Position numbers and translations under genes: made by a program
The notes under the pieces: generated by a model
What the model was told of the DNA's origin: nothing
Seen by the model: only the letters and a program-made list of their open reading frames with translations
Databases searched by the model: none
DNA from: Candidatus Saccharimonadia bacterium
GTDB taxonomy: Bacteria; Patescibacteriota; Saccharimonadia; UBA4664
Length of the DNA stretch: 64,000 bases
Direction of reading: 5' to 3'
NCBI GenBank assembly: GCA_035544015.1
Contig: DATKIP010000093.1
Location: 345,454-409,453, forward strand
Part shown: positions 45,258-54,924 of the stretch, one piece after another
Layout of the letters: each line of letters begins with the position of its first letter
Position numbering within the stretch: the stretch's first letter is position 1

Positions 45258-45365
45258 AGAGCCATGAGATGCGCAGCCACCATCCGGGCGGTCCCCATCG
45301 GACCCTTCGCGGTCACCGCGCCTCTTAGCACGACCTGAGCCACCCCACGCGGGCGGCTCTTTTGC
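45258..45365 (+). ncRNA. candidate ~100-nt small RNA or structured leader, bounded by the promoter above and a hairpin-plus-T-tract (GAGCCACC...GGCGGCTC TTTTGCTCGTT)
   Basis: GC-rich and probably structured. No ORF. A terminator on the + strand with no + strand CDS upstream. Family not identified. Confidence 0.25.
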
Positions 45366-45368
45366 TCG

Positions 45369-45881
45369 TTGACATGCCCCCAACCCGAGGGAGAACTCGT
45401 GGCAATTGTAGCAAACTACCGCCATCCACCCACCCACCGGCCCACCGGCCGACCACCACGGTGCACCCTCGGAAGCGGCCGATCTCGCTCCAGCCGGCAC
45501 CACGGCGCCAGCGGCACCTACAGGCGCGGGCCCCGGAACCCCAGCGAGCGCATGGTAGACCGATGGCTCAGCGAGGCAGACATCGAGCCCCAGTACGAGC
45601 CCCACGAGCTCGAGACGGGGCTCACCGGCCGCGGGATGAGCATCCTCCGGCCCGATTTCTACCTGCCCGATCAGGGCATCTACATCGAGGTCACCCTCGC
45701 GCGCCGCTGCCTGCACCTCAAGCAGGCCAAGGTGCGCGCAGCAGCCAGCCTCAACCAGGTAGCAATCCTGCTCATCACCCGCGATGAGCTCGAGGCCCTG
45801 CACTCCCGCCACTACAGCATCCGCGATTTCATCAAGGATGGGATCGCCGACCACGCCATGGAGCTCAAGCTAGCCGCCTAG
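45369..45881 (+). CDS. hypothetical protein (possible start at the internal ATG near 45552)
   Basis: ORF only. The N-terminal part is Arg/Pro-rich and likely not translated. The C-terminal ~110 aa look protein-like (RPDFYLPDQGIYIEVTLARR). Confidence 0.3.
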   Translation: MTCPQPEGELVAIVANYRHPPTHRPTGRPPRCTLGSGRSRSSRHHGASGTYRRGPRNPSERMVDRWLSEADIEPQYEPHELETGLTGRGMSILRPDFYLPDQGIYIEVTLARRCLHLKQAKVRAAASLNQVAILLITRDELEALHSRHYSIRDFIKDGIADHAMELKLAA

Positions 45882-45984
45882 CACCACCAAGGGGGAACAC
45901 GATGCACACTGCGACGCCGTCCCGCCACACGGTCGGAGCCAACGCCGTCTAAGGGGGTGATCAGAGTCTCCCGCTGCCCCGGGT

Positions 45985-46030
45985 AATGGGCAGTCCGCCG
46001 CCGGGCCCTCGTCTCACGCCGAGACGAGGG
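45985..46030. terminator. strong hairpin GCCCTCGTCTC-ACGCC-GAGACGAGGGC
   Basis: 11-bp perfect stem upstream of xseA. Confidence 0.4.
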
Positions 46031-46067
46031 CCCGCGCGCCAACCCATCCGTACGCTATAATCCAATC

Positions 46068-47249
46068 ATGACCCCCCAAACCATCACCGTCAGCGAATTC
46101 CTCGCCATCATCAACGAAACCCTGAATTTTGCCTACCCCGAGGTAATAATCGAAGGCGAGGTATCGAGCTTTAAGGTCAACCAGGGCAAATTCATCTTTT
46201 TCGACCTCAAAGACGACACCAACACCCTCGGCTGCTTCATGATGATTCACCAGCTCAAGCTGCCCATCGAAGATGGCATGAAGATTCGCGTCACCGGCTC
46301 GCCCAAAGTTACCAAATATTCCAAATTTAGCCTGACTGTCCGCGAAATCGAACTAGCCGGAGAAGGGGAGCTGCGCCGGGCCATGCAGCTGCTCAAGAAA
46401 AAACTCGAGACCGAAGGCCTGTTCGACCCCAGCCGCAAACGACCCATTCCCAAATTCCCCGTGCGCCTGGGGCTCATTACCTCCGGCGCCTCCGCCGCCT
46501 ACGCCGACTTCATCAAAATTCTGGGCTCCCGATGGGGTGGGGTAGAGGTATTGCTGGCCGATGTCAGCGTTCAGGGCGTAGCGGCTCCCGACCAAATTTT
46601 GGGCGCACTCGATTACTTCAACCACCTCAGCCCGCCCGCCGACGTACTGGTACTCATTCGCGGCGGCGGTTCGCTCGAAGACCTCATGGCCTTCTCGACC
46701 GAACCCGTCGCCCGCGCCGTGGCCGCCAGCCGCACCCCCACGGTCGTCGGCGTCGGCCACGAAGTCGACTTCTCGCTCGCCGACTACGCCGCCGACCTAC
46801 GCGCCGCCACGCCCACCGACGCCGCGCGCCTTGTGGTGCCCGACCGCACCGAAATCACCGCCCACATTACGCACTTGGCCGGCCGCCAAAGCGCCGCCGT
46901 GAGTGCGCTCATCGCCGGCTACCACCGCCGCACCGACGGCGCGCTCGGCCGGCTCGAAGCCGCCTTGCGCTACCCGCGCGAACATTTGGCCGCGCTACGC
47001 CAGGCCCTCGAGCGAGGCCTCGAGCACGTGCTCACCGAGCGCCACACGCGCGTCACGAGCCTCACCCGCCTCCTGCAAAGTCTCGACCCCAAAGCCGTGC
47101 TGGGCCGCGGCTACGCCATCGTGCGCAGCCCACAGCGCATCGTGCGCCGCGCCGCCGACGCCGGGCCCGGCACTCCGCTCATGATACAATTGGCCGAGGA
47201 AACTATCGCCGCGGAGGTAACGCAAGCCAGTGACAACCAAACCATTTGA
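46068..47249 (+). CDS. xseA: exodeoxyribonuclease VII large subunit
   Basis: N-terminal OB fold (TVSEFLAIINETL...IEGEVSSFKVNQGKFIFFDLKD). Catalytic core GGGSLEDL. A TATAAT sits only ~10 nt upstream of the ATG. Confidence 0.85.
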   Translation: MTPQTITVSEFLAIINETLNFAYPEVIIEGEVSSFKVNQGKFIFFDLKDDTNTLGCFMMIHQLKLPIEDGMKIRVTGSPKVTKYSKFSLTVREIELAGEGELRRAMQLLKKKLETEGLFDPSRKRPIPKFPVRLGLITSGASAAYADFIKILGSRWGGVEVLLADVSVQGVAAPDQILGALDYFNHLSPPADVLVLIRGGGSLEDLMAFSTEPVARAVAASRTPTVVGVGHEVDFSLADYAADLRAATPTDAARLVVPDRTEITAHITHLAGRQSAAVSALIAGYHRRTDGALGRLEAALRYPREHLAALRQALERGLEHVLTERHTRVTSLTRLLQSLDPKAVLGRGYAIVRSPQRIVRRAADAGPGTPLMIQLAEETIAAEVTQASDNQTI

Positions 47250-47523
47250 ATTCGAAAAATCCCTCGGTGAGCTCGAGGAAATCACCGCCTGGTTCGAATC
47301 GAGCGACGTCGACCTCGATGCCGGCCTCGCCAAATTCGAGCGCGGCATGGAGCTCGCCGGCGAGCTCAAAACCCACCTCACCACCATCGAGAACCGGGTC
47401 GAAAAAATCCGCCAGCGCTTTAGCGCTCCCGCGGCCGGCCCCGCCGCCACACCCACCGACACCACTACGGCACCCGAACCCGCCGACGACCAAGGTGACC
47501 AAACCGGCCTCTTCGGGGCCTAG
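47230..47523 (+). CDS. xseB: exodeoxyribonuclease VII small subunit
   Basis: FEKSLGELEEITAWFESSDVDLDAGLAKFERGMELAGELK. Overlaps the xseA end. Confidence 0.8.
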   Translation: MTTKPFEFEKSLGELEEITAWFESSDVDLDAGLAKFERGMELAGELKTHLTTIENRVEKIRQRFSAPAAGPAATPTDTTTAPEPADDQGDQTGLFGA

Positions 47524-47537
47524 AGCTACCGGCAGCC

Positions 47538-48047
47538 GTGGAAGCCATCGCTCTCATAGCCCTCGCCATCGTTTTGCCCTTTGGCATTGGTGCCGTACTG
47601 GGTGCGCCCTACGTCCCCATTTTGCACCGCGATAGCCGGCGACTACTCGAGATCGCCAACCTCAAGCCCGGCCAAACCCTCATCGATCTGGGCTCCGGCG
47701 ACGGCCGCCTTTTGCGCGCCGCCGCCGCGCGGGGCATTCGCTGCATCGGCTACGAGATCAATCCGTACCTGGTGCTCATCTCGCGCCTCGTGTGTTGGCG
47801 TTATCGAAAGCTTGTCACCATCCACACCGCCGACATCTGGCACGTCAAACTCCCGCCCGCCGACGTCATCTACATCTTCATCCTCGACAAGTACATGGCC
47901 CGGCTCCATGAAAAATTCCGCACCGAAATCACCGCACCCACCAGGGTCATCTCATACGTCTTTCAACTCCCCGGACAAACCCCCATCCACGAGACGCACA
48001 ACACCTACGTCTATCAGTACGGCGCGCCCGTCGCCACCTTGAAATAA
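47538..48047 (+). CDS. small class-I SAM-dependent methyltransferase with N-terminal TM helix
   Basis: Motif I LIDLGSGDGRLL. Acidic motif IGYEINPY. Confidence 0.5.
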   Translation: MEAIALIALAIVLPFGIGAVLGAPYVPILHRDSRRLLEIANLKPGQTLIDLGSGDGRLLRAAAARGIRCIGYEINPYLVLISRLVCWRYRKLVTIHTADIWHVKLPPADVIYIFILDKYMARLHEKFRTEITAPTRVISYVFQLPGQTPIHETHNTYVYQYGAPVATLK

Positions 48048-48078
48048 CCCACCTATCGCTGTAGCATAAGCATTAATT

Positions 48079-48780
48079 ATGGATACTCAGACACTCATGC
48101 CCGACAGTTCCGGGCCCTTCAACACTGCCCCCGGCAGGGGAGGCAGTGGACGCCCGGCGGGCATTCTCATTATTCTGGTTCTGTTGCTCGGCCTCGGCAC
48201 CGTCGGGTTCGGAGTACTCACGCTCACATTCTCGAGCAAAGCCGCCACCGCTACCAAAACCCTCGAGGCGCAAAAAGCCGCGGCCGCAGCCAAAGCCCGT
48301 GATGAGCAGAAAAAAACCGACCAGGCCGATTTCACCAAACAAAACGAATCACCCTTTCGCTCGTACACCGCCCCCGAACCCTTTGGCGCCTTTGTAATCA
48401 ACTTCCCCAAAACCTGGACCAGCACCGTCGACGAAGAAAACACCGGCACCCAAGTAAAGCTCATCGTAAACCCCGACTTCGTTCGGCGCAAAAACGGTCA
48501 AGACGACAAAATCGCCGCCAAAGTAATATTTCTCGACCAGCCCAAAGATAAGTACCTGGCCCAGTACGCCAGCCTCTTCAAGAAAGGCACTCTCAAACAA
48601 AGTAGTACGGAGGTCTCCGGCCAGCCCGCTATCAACATCGTCGGCCAATTCGGCGATCTCAAAACCGTTCGCTTAGTCGTAGTACCCATTCGCGACAAAG
48701 TCTTACTCTTTAGCACCGAAAACGATCAATTGAGCACCGAATTTAATCAAATTATCAGCCAAGCCAAGATCAATCCCTAG
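48079..48780 (+). CDS. hypothetical membrane-anchored/secreted protein
   Basis: N-terminal TM GILIILVLLLGLGTVGFGVLTL followed by a Lys/Ala/Glu-rich helical region. Confidence 0.45.
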   Translation: MDTQTLMPDSSGPFNTAPGRGGSGRPAGILIILVLLLGLGTVGFGVLTLTFSSKAATATKTLEAQKAAAAAKARDEQKKTDQADFTKQNESPFRSYTAPEPFGAFVINFPKTWTSTVDEENTGTQVKLIVNPDFVRRKNGQDDKIAAKVIFLDQPKDKYLAQYASLFKKGTLKQSSTEVSGQPAINIVGQFGDLKTVRLVVVPIRDKVLLFSTENDQLSTEFNQIISQAKINP

Positions 48781-48824
48781 CGCCCGGCACCATCCGTCTC
48801 ATGCTTGAGTGATACAAGAACAAG

Positions 48825-51800
48825 GTGCTACCGTTAGAACCAGAAAGGCGGAGCCAACTTCTCGTGCCACACTCCAAATCAGCGCCCATCACTTTAGCGC
48901 CCATGCCCACCGAGGTCCATGAGCTCTTGGCCGCCGCCACTTCGGCCAAAACCCCCAGTGGGTTCCTGCAGCAAGCCTGCAAAATCCTCAGCCGCACCCT
49001 CCAGGCACCGGTCTGCGGCTTCATTGCGGCGGTCGGCGACGGGCATCACACGATCGCCGAGCAAACGCTGCCCATGGCTGCCCGCGGGCTCCTGCGCTAC
49101 CCCGGCGACCTGTCGGCCGAAACCTTGCGTACCTGGCCGGGAACCGACCAATCCGCCGTCGCCACCGCCGCGGGAGGCCGGCCTCAACACCACATCCTCA
49201 ACTGGCGCGAAGAATACCTAGGCGGCATCATCATCTGGACCGACACCGAGCTCTCCACCGAAAACCAAACCAACCTTCAACATCTCATCAACACCATCGC
49301 CGCCGGCATCAAAACCCTCCTGCTCGAGCAATCCAACAAAAACAGCCTAGCCGAAGCCATCACCCTCCAGCGCATCACTCAGGTCATCACCGGTTCGCTC
49401 GATTTCGACAAAGTCTCGTCGACCCTCTTGCAACAGGCCCGCAAATTCTTTCGCGTCGACGCCGTAGCGCTCGCCTTGGCCAGCCCCGGCGGCCGAGAAT
49501 ACTACGTCGACCAGACCGTAGGACTTTCCCCCGAACTCGTCGCCCACATGCGCGCCTCCAAAGATTCTCCCTTCATCAAGCGACTCATGAAGGCCGACAG
49601 CCCCATCCAGCTCGACAACCTCGAAACTGCCCCGCTTACCCACAACCCCGAGTTGGCCCGGCGCGAGGGCCTGCGCTCAGCCTTGCTAGCGCCTATCTTT
49701 ACCGGCGGCCGGCTGGTGGGCGCGCTCAGCCTCATCTCCAAAACCCCCCGCACCTTCACCTACGCCGAGATTCGCTTCGCCCAAAGTCTGGCCGAGCACA
49801 CCGGCATCGCTATCGCCAACGCCAATCTCCATGCCGGCTTGCGCAAAGCCACGGGCGAAATCGAACAAACCCGCAATCTCATGCGCGACGGCTTGCTCGT
49901 CTTCGACCTTGACCACAAGATGCACTACTACAACGCCGCCGCCGGCAGCACCCTGGGACTAGGACCCGAGCATCTCATGAAACACCTCCCCCTCCGCGCC
50001 CTCAAACGCATTCCGGGCCTCAAAATCGACACCGTCCGGCTCGAAGCCGCTATCGAGCAAGCCCTGCAGGGCCACATCGGCCGCACCCAGTTCTCACTCG
50101 ACGAACACGGCGATACCCGTTACTTCGAAGCCGTCTACTCGCCCTACCGCGACAGCAAAGGCATTCGCATCGGGGCGCTCATGAGCATCCGCGACGTCAG
50201 CTCGCTCTACCTCGAAAAAGAAAAATTGCAAGCCATCCAAAACGGCATCTCGGACGGACTGATTTTGGTCGGCGAGCAAGGCGAAACCATCGAGTGCAAC
50301 CAAGAATGGCTACGACTCTTCAATATCACCGACAACCCGATCGGCCGGCCGTTCTTCGAGCAAATCGCCGCCCGCAAAAACTTCACCTGCGATCACGATC
50401 CCCTCGAAGTGATCAAAAACGTCCTCCGCGGCAAACGCATCACCTGCTACGGGCATGATCTCCAATCCGGCCGTCACGTTCAAATCTCGGTCAATCCCAT
50501 CACCCTCGGCGGCCGCGTCACCGGCGCCGTCGCCACCGCTCGCGACATTACCTCGCTCATCGAAAAAACCGTCGAGGCCAATGAAATGGCAGCCAAAGCC
50601 CACCGTCACCTCCGCGAGCTTTCGCAACTCGCCGAGTTATCGGGCATCGTCGGCTTCAATGTCGCCAACATCTACCAAAAATATCTCGCCAAAACCGCCA
50701 ACTTACTCGAATCGTCTTCAGTGTCGCTCTATCTGTACAACCCCAGCAAACAGCTGCTCGTCCAAGACCAAGCCGTCAGTCCCGACCCCAGTGACACCCT
50801 CACGCTCGAGCTCAACTCACCACACCTAGCTGCCCGAGCCTTCACCAGCCGCCAACCCGTCACTCTTACGGGCCAAAGCGGGGGATTGCACCGCATCGCC
50901 CTGCCCATCACCCACCACTCCAAGACCCTGGGCGTGCTCATCGCCGGCCGCGCCGGCCGCGCCTACGGCGAACACGAAGCCAAATTGTTGCGCATGGTAG
51001 CCACCCGCCTCGCCGTGCTCGTCGAAAACGCCGCGCTCTACCACGACGTCAATGCTCGACGCGAACGCTGGGAAGCCGTATTCCGCTTCACCGAGGAGGG
51101 GATCGTGATTTTCGACCGCAGCGGCACCATCGTCGGGTTCAACCCCGCCTGCACCCAGATCACCCAATACCACCCCGCCGAAGCCATCGGCAAGCCGTTT
51201 AGCAAGGTCATCAAAAACGTCAGCCCCGACACCATCAGCGGCACCAATGTCGGCCCCATCGAGCGCGTGCTCGAAGAAGGCGTCACCATCGCCAAAAGCG
51301 AACAACTCATCGAAAACCGCGGCGGCACCCGCGTCTGGACCGAGATCAGCTACTCGCCGATCTTCGACGACGCCGGCCGAGTCACCTCCGGCATCGCCAT
51401 TATCCGCAACACCACCAAAGACCGCGAAGTCGAAGAGATCAAATCCGACTTCATTTCGATCGTGTCCCACGAACTCCGCACCCCGCTCACCGCGATCAAA
51501 GGCTTTCTCTCCATGACCCTCAAGCACGATTTTGGCGAGCTCAGCGACAAACAGTTTCACTATCTCAGCCGCGTCTACCAATCAAACCAACGCATGATCG
51601 ACCTCGTCGAAGATCTCATGGATGCCACCTACATCGAATCAGGCAAAATTACCCTCAACATCGCCCCTGTCGCCCTCGACAGTGTCATCGCGAGCGTCGT
51701 CTCCGAGGTGGCCGCCAAAGGTGCCGCCAGCCACATCATGATCAATGTCCGCCGCCGCCAACGCCTGCCGCTAGTGCTCGCCGACGAGACCAGGCTCCAT

Positions 51801-52139
51801 CAAATCATCCTCAACCTCGTCGACAACGCCATCAAATACTCAATGCCAGGCACCGAGGTCCAAATAAACTTCCGCATCCAGGGCGACGAGCTCATCACCA
51901 CCGTAGCCGATCACGGCGTAGGCATTGGCAAGTCCCAGATCGACCGCCTGTTCACCAAATTCGGCCGCATTTTCAATCCCCTGAGCGTCCAAGCCGGCGG
52001 CACCGGCCTCGGCCTCTACATCGTCAAAAACCTCATCGAGTCACACGACGGCCGCATTTGGGTCACGAGTATCGAGGGCAAAGGCAGCCGATTTAACTTC
52101 AGTTTGCCCATTGCCAAGCAATTACCGCTCATAGAGTAA
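48825..52139 (+). CDS. multi-sensor hybrid-type histidine kinase (GAF plus multiple PAS, HisKA, HATPase_c), cytoplasmic
   Basis: H-box SHELRTPLTAIKGF. N-box LVDNAIKYS. G-boxes DHGVGI and GGTGLGLYIVK. Upstream GAF- and PAS-like repeats. Confidence 0.85.
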   Translation: MLPLEPERRSQLLVPHSKSAPITLAPMPTEVHELLAAATSAKTPSGFLQQACKILSRTLQAPVCGFIAAVGDGHHTIAEQTLPMAARGLLRYPGDLSAETLRTWPGTDQSAVATAAGGRPQHHILNWREEYLGGIIIWTDTELSTENQTNLQHLINTIAAGIKTLLLEQSNKNSLAEAITLQRITQVITGSLDFDKVSSTLLQQARKFFRVDAVALALASPGGREYYVDQTVGLSPELVAHMRASKDSPFIKRLMKADSPIQLDNLETAPLTHNPELARREGLRSALLAPIFTGGRLVGALSLISKTPRTFTYAEIRFAQSLAEHTGIAIANANLHAGLRKATGEIEQTRNLMRDGLLVFDLDHKMHYYNAAAGSTLGLGPEHLMKHLPLRALKRIPGLKIDTVRLEAAIEQALQGHIGRTQFSLDEHGDTRYFEAVYSPYRDSKGIRIGALMSIRDVSSLYLEKEKLQAIQNGISDGLILVGEQGETIECNQEWLRLFNITDNPIGRPFFEQIAARKNFTCDHDPLEVIKNVLRGKRITCYGHDLQSGRHVQISVNPITLGGRVTGAVATARDITSLIEKTVEANEMAAKAHRHLRELSQLAELSGIVGFNVANIYQKYLAKTANLLESSSVSLYLYNPSKQLLVQDQAVSPDPSDTLTLELNSPHLAARAFTSRQPVTLTGQSGGLHRIALPITHHSKTLGVLIAGRAGRAYGEHEAKLLRMVATRLAVLVENAALYHDVNARRERWEAVFRFTEEGIVIFDRSGTIVGFNPACTQITQYHPAEAIGKPFSKVIKNVSPDTISGTNVGPIERVLEEGVTIAKSEQLIENRGGTRVWTEISYSPIFDDAGRVTSGIAIIRNTTKDREVEEIKSDFISIVSHELRTPLTAIKGFLSMTLKHDFGELSDKQFHYLSRVYQSNQRMIDLVEDLMDATYIESGKITLNIAPVALDSVIASVVSEVAAKGAASHIMINVRRRQRLPLVLADETRLHQIILNLVDNAIKYSMPGTEVQINFRIQGDELITTVADHGVGIGKSQIDRLFTKFGRIFNPLSVQAGGTGLGLYIVKNLIESHDGRIWVTSIEGKGSRFNFSLPIAKQLPLIE

Positions 52140-52207
52140 TATTTTGATCCCCAGGGGTGGTTGCCATCTGGGATTATCTGTTAAACTAGGGGAAGAGGAG
52201 TTAGGGT

Positions 52208-52615
52208 ATGGCAAAAATTTTACTGGTCGAAGACGACACCATCTTGGTCGAGATGTACCAAGCCAAATTTGAACTTGAAGGCCACAGCGTCAAAGTAGCC
52301 ACCAACGGCGAAGAATGCCTAGCCGTACTCAAAGAATTCCAACCCGAACTCATTTTGCTCGACATCCTCATGCCCAAGCTCAATGGCTTCCATGTGCTCA
52401 AAGAGATCAAGAAGCAACCCGACCTGCGCCAAATTCCAGTCATTTTGCTCACCAACTTGGGCCAAGCCGAAGTCGACATGAACCAAGAGCTCGCCAAAGC
52501 TTTAGGGGTCAACGATTACCTCATCAAGAGCCACCACACGCCCGACGAAGTCGTCCAAAAAGCCGTGAAAGTGCTCGGCGCGACTGGACACAAAGCCGCC
52601 GCCAGCGACAAATAG
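52208..52615 (+). CDS. single-domain (REC-only) response regulator
   Basis: MAKILLVEDD...ELILLDILMPKLNGFHVL...DYLIKS. Follows the HK. Confidence 0.85.
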   Translation: MAKILLVEDDTILVEMYQAKFELEGHSVKVATNGEECLAVLKEFQPELILLDILMPKLNGFHVLKEIKKQPDLRQIPVILLTNLGQAEVDMNQELAKALGVNDYLIKSHHTPDEVVQKAVKVLGATGHKAAASDK

Positions 52616-52619
52616 GGGC

Positions 52620-53066
52620 GTGGACGCCGTTGATCCGCGCCTCGATGCCATCTGCAACAGCCTGTATCGGGTGGCTGTCAAAGCCGTCATCATCCGCGAC
52701 CACAAAATTCTGCTTGTCAAAGAGCGCGACGATGAGTGGTGGAGCCTACCGGGCGGCGGCATTGACCACGGCGAAACCCCGGCCGAGGCCCTCATCCGCG
52801 AACTAGCCGAAGAGCTCGGCCTCGCCCCCGCCGACATCAAAACCGACGGCCGCGTCATCCTGGCCACCGCCGGCGCCGTTGTGGGCGGCATCCCCAAAGC
52901 TAATTTGTTTTATCGCGTCAACGTTGCCATCGAGCACATCCACCCCAGCACGGCCGATGTCGAAAAATCCGGCTGGTTTACGGCCACCGAACTCGCCACG
53001 CTTTACCTCAGTCCGTCAGCCGGCGACGTCAACAGCCATCTTGTTGGCCTTCTGACCGAAGCCTAA
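52620..53066 (+). CDS. NUDIX hydrolase
   Basis: Nudix box GGGIDHGETPAEALIRELAEELG. Confidence 0.7.
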   Translation: MDAVDPRLDAICNSLYRVAVKAVIIRDHKILLVKERDDEWWSLPGGGIDHGETPAEALIRELAEELGLAPADIKTDGRVILATAGAVVGGIPKANLFYRVNVAIEHIHPSTADVEKSGWFTATELATLYLSPSAGDVNSHLVGLLTEA

Positions 53067-53233
53067 CCACAGACGACGCTCAAATGCGCCCAGGAAGCGC
53101 CGGACACCGGCTTGTTCCGCGAACTCATCCTTATTTGCAAAATCCGTACCCGTCGTCTTGTCTGGCGCTTCACGGCGCCGGTGTCCAGCGCTTCCTGAGG
53201 CGTTTCCGGAGCAACACGACCTATAATGACTTT

Positions 53234-53989
53234 ATGCCCAGCAAACCCGCCTACCAAACCCAAGGCATCGTCATCGGCCGCACCAACTTTGGCGAAGCCG
53301 ATAGAGTAGTGCGGTTCCTCACCGCAGGCTACGGCAAAGTCAGCGCCGTGGCCAAAGGCGTACGCAAGATCAAATCGCGCTCCGGCGGCCATCTCGAGCT
53401 CTTCGGTGAGGTCAATCTCATGCTCATCGCCGGCCGCAATCTCGACACCGTCACCAGCGCACGCCTCCTATGGTATCCCCACGATTTTGTCAGCCACTAC
53501 GACCGGCTCGAGCTAGCCTTCATCATCGCCCGCACCGTCGACCGTCTCACCGAGCCAGGGCAGCCCACCCCCGGCCTCTACGAGCTCACGCGCGAGGCCC
53601 TAGGCGCCCTCGATGACGGCCCCAGCGATATCGTGCTCATTGAGCTCTGGTTCAAGCTCCGCCTGCTCGATGTGCTCGGCTACCGCCCAGAGCTGGGCGC
53701 CTGCATTATCTGCGGTCAACAATCCGCCGAGACCACCTACGCCTTCAGCACCGAACGCGGCGGCATCGTCTGCCACGCCGACAGCAACCCGCTAGACACC
53801 CCCATGAGCACCGAGCAAATCAAATTTTGGCGCTTGCTTTCCGACTACCCTTACCAAACCATAGCGCACATCGCCGATGCGCCCGCCCTCGCAACCGCTA
53901 CGTTGAGTCTTTGTAATACATTTTACGAACACCATCTCAGCTATTCATTCCTCGCAACATCAACTTTTGACAAAAACGATAAAAAATGA
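53234..53989 (+). CDS. recO: DNA repair protein RecO
   Basis: N-terminal OB fold QGIVIGRTNFGEADRVVRFLT. Zinc motif CIICGQQ...CHAD. ATG 53234 chosen within the longer ORF. Confidence 0.8.
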   Translation: MPSKPAYQTQGIVIGRTNFGEADRVVRFLTAGYGKVSAVAKGVRKIKSRSGGHLELFGEVNLMLIAGRNLDTVTSARLLWYPHDFVSHYDRLELAFIIARTVDRLTEPGQPTPGLYELTREALGALDDGPSDIVLIELWFKLRLLDVLGYRPELGACIICGQQSAETTYAFSTERGGIVCHADSNPLDTPMSTEQIKFWRLLSDYPYQTIAHIADAPALATATLSLCNTFYEHHLSYSFLATSTFDKNDKK

Positions 53990-54015
53990 CAACGTATTAA
54001 AGCTTAATCAGCAAA

Positions 54016-54489
54016 TTGGAACCCCGCAACTCGTGGAGGCACGCCATGTCCATCGGCACCCCCATCGCCGTCACCCTCGAGCCCGTAACCGGGCCGAACG
54101 GAGAACTCACCGGCGGACTCCTCCGTCTGCCCGACGGTACCGTGTACTACATCACGGGAGCCGAACCGGTCGACCGGCACGACAAGCCCAACGACACGCC
54201 CTACGTCTACCTGTACCGGAGCGAGGATGGGTCGTGCTGGAGGATCCACCCATCGGATGGCGCCACCGTGCGCGTCGTACCGTACAAGTTCCACTCTATG
54301 CACCACTTGGACGCCGCGGCCATCGAGGCGCTCGCCATCGGCGTGCACTACCCACCGGAGTGCACAGTGCTCAAACTGGCAGGAGCAGCGTTCATCGCCC
54401 CTCGGCGCTGGACGCCCGAGACCCTGGCCGCCGCCGCTCAGCAGGCGTGGCCCGACGCGTGGGCGGAATTCGCCCCGACCACCAGCTGA
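54016..54489 (+). CDS. hypothetical protein
   Basis: ORF with protein-like composition. No family recognised. The start may be the MSIGTP ATG at 54046. Confidence 0.3.
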   Translation: MEPRNSWRHAMSIGTPIAVTLEPVTGPNGELTGGLLRLPDGTVYYITGAEPVDRHDKPNDTPYVYLYRSEDGSCWRIHPSDGATVRVVPYKFHSMHHLDAAAIEALAIGVHYPPECTVLKLAGAAFIAPRRWTPETLAAAAQQAWPDAWAEFAPTTS

Positions 54490-54612
54490 CCAAGCACCAC
54501 CCCGGACCCAGCGCCCCGCGCTGGGTCCGGGCCGACCCCAGTCTTCAACCCACTTGAAGCCTGAGGCCGGGATGCTACAATAACGCCCATAATCCTCATC
54601 GAAAGCCACCCC

Positions 54613-54915
54613 ATGACCTCCCAATCCGAACTCAGCTGGACCCTCGCCGACTACCAGCATGCCCACATCGACCCACCGGAGCGCATTATCAGCCACCCCG
54701 AGCGCACCGAAGGCCAGATGATGACCGACGACGAAATCGAAGAGTTTATCAAACACTCCATCGCCACCTGCCGTATCCTGCTCGACAAGCGCTCACCGCG
54801 CTACGAGCAAGTAGTCGGAAACTACGTCGCCGATCTCACGTATCTGCTAAGCCTTGGCCGAATCAGTGATGACGACTATAATGAGCTCACCGAACCCGAT
54901 AATCTCAGATTTTAG
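54613..54915 (+). CDS. hypothetical small acidic protein (100 aa)
   Basis: ORF. No family recognised. Confidence 0.3.
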   Translation: MTSQSELSWTLADYQHAHIDPPERIISHPERTEGQMMTDDEIEEFIKHSIATCRILLDKRSPRYEQVVGNYVADLTYLLSLGRISDDDYNELTEPDNLRF

Positions 54916-54924
54916 GTAGTTTCT

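Noticed and set aside
45240-45365. SRP RNA (4.5S) or another known housekeeping RNA in the promoter-terminator unit
   Set aside because: I could not find the conserved domain IV motifs (AGGUCAGG...GGAAG...CAGCC) on either strand by eye. It is kept only as an unclassified candidate sRNA.
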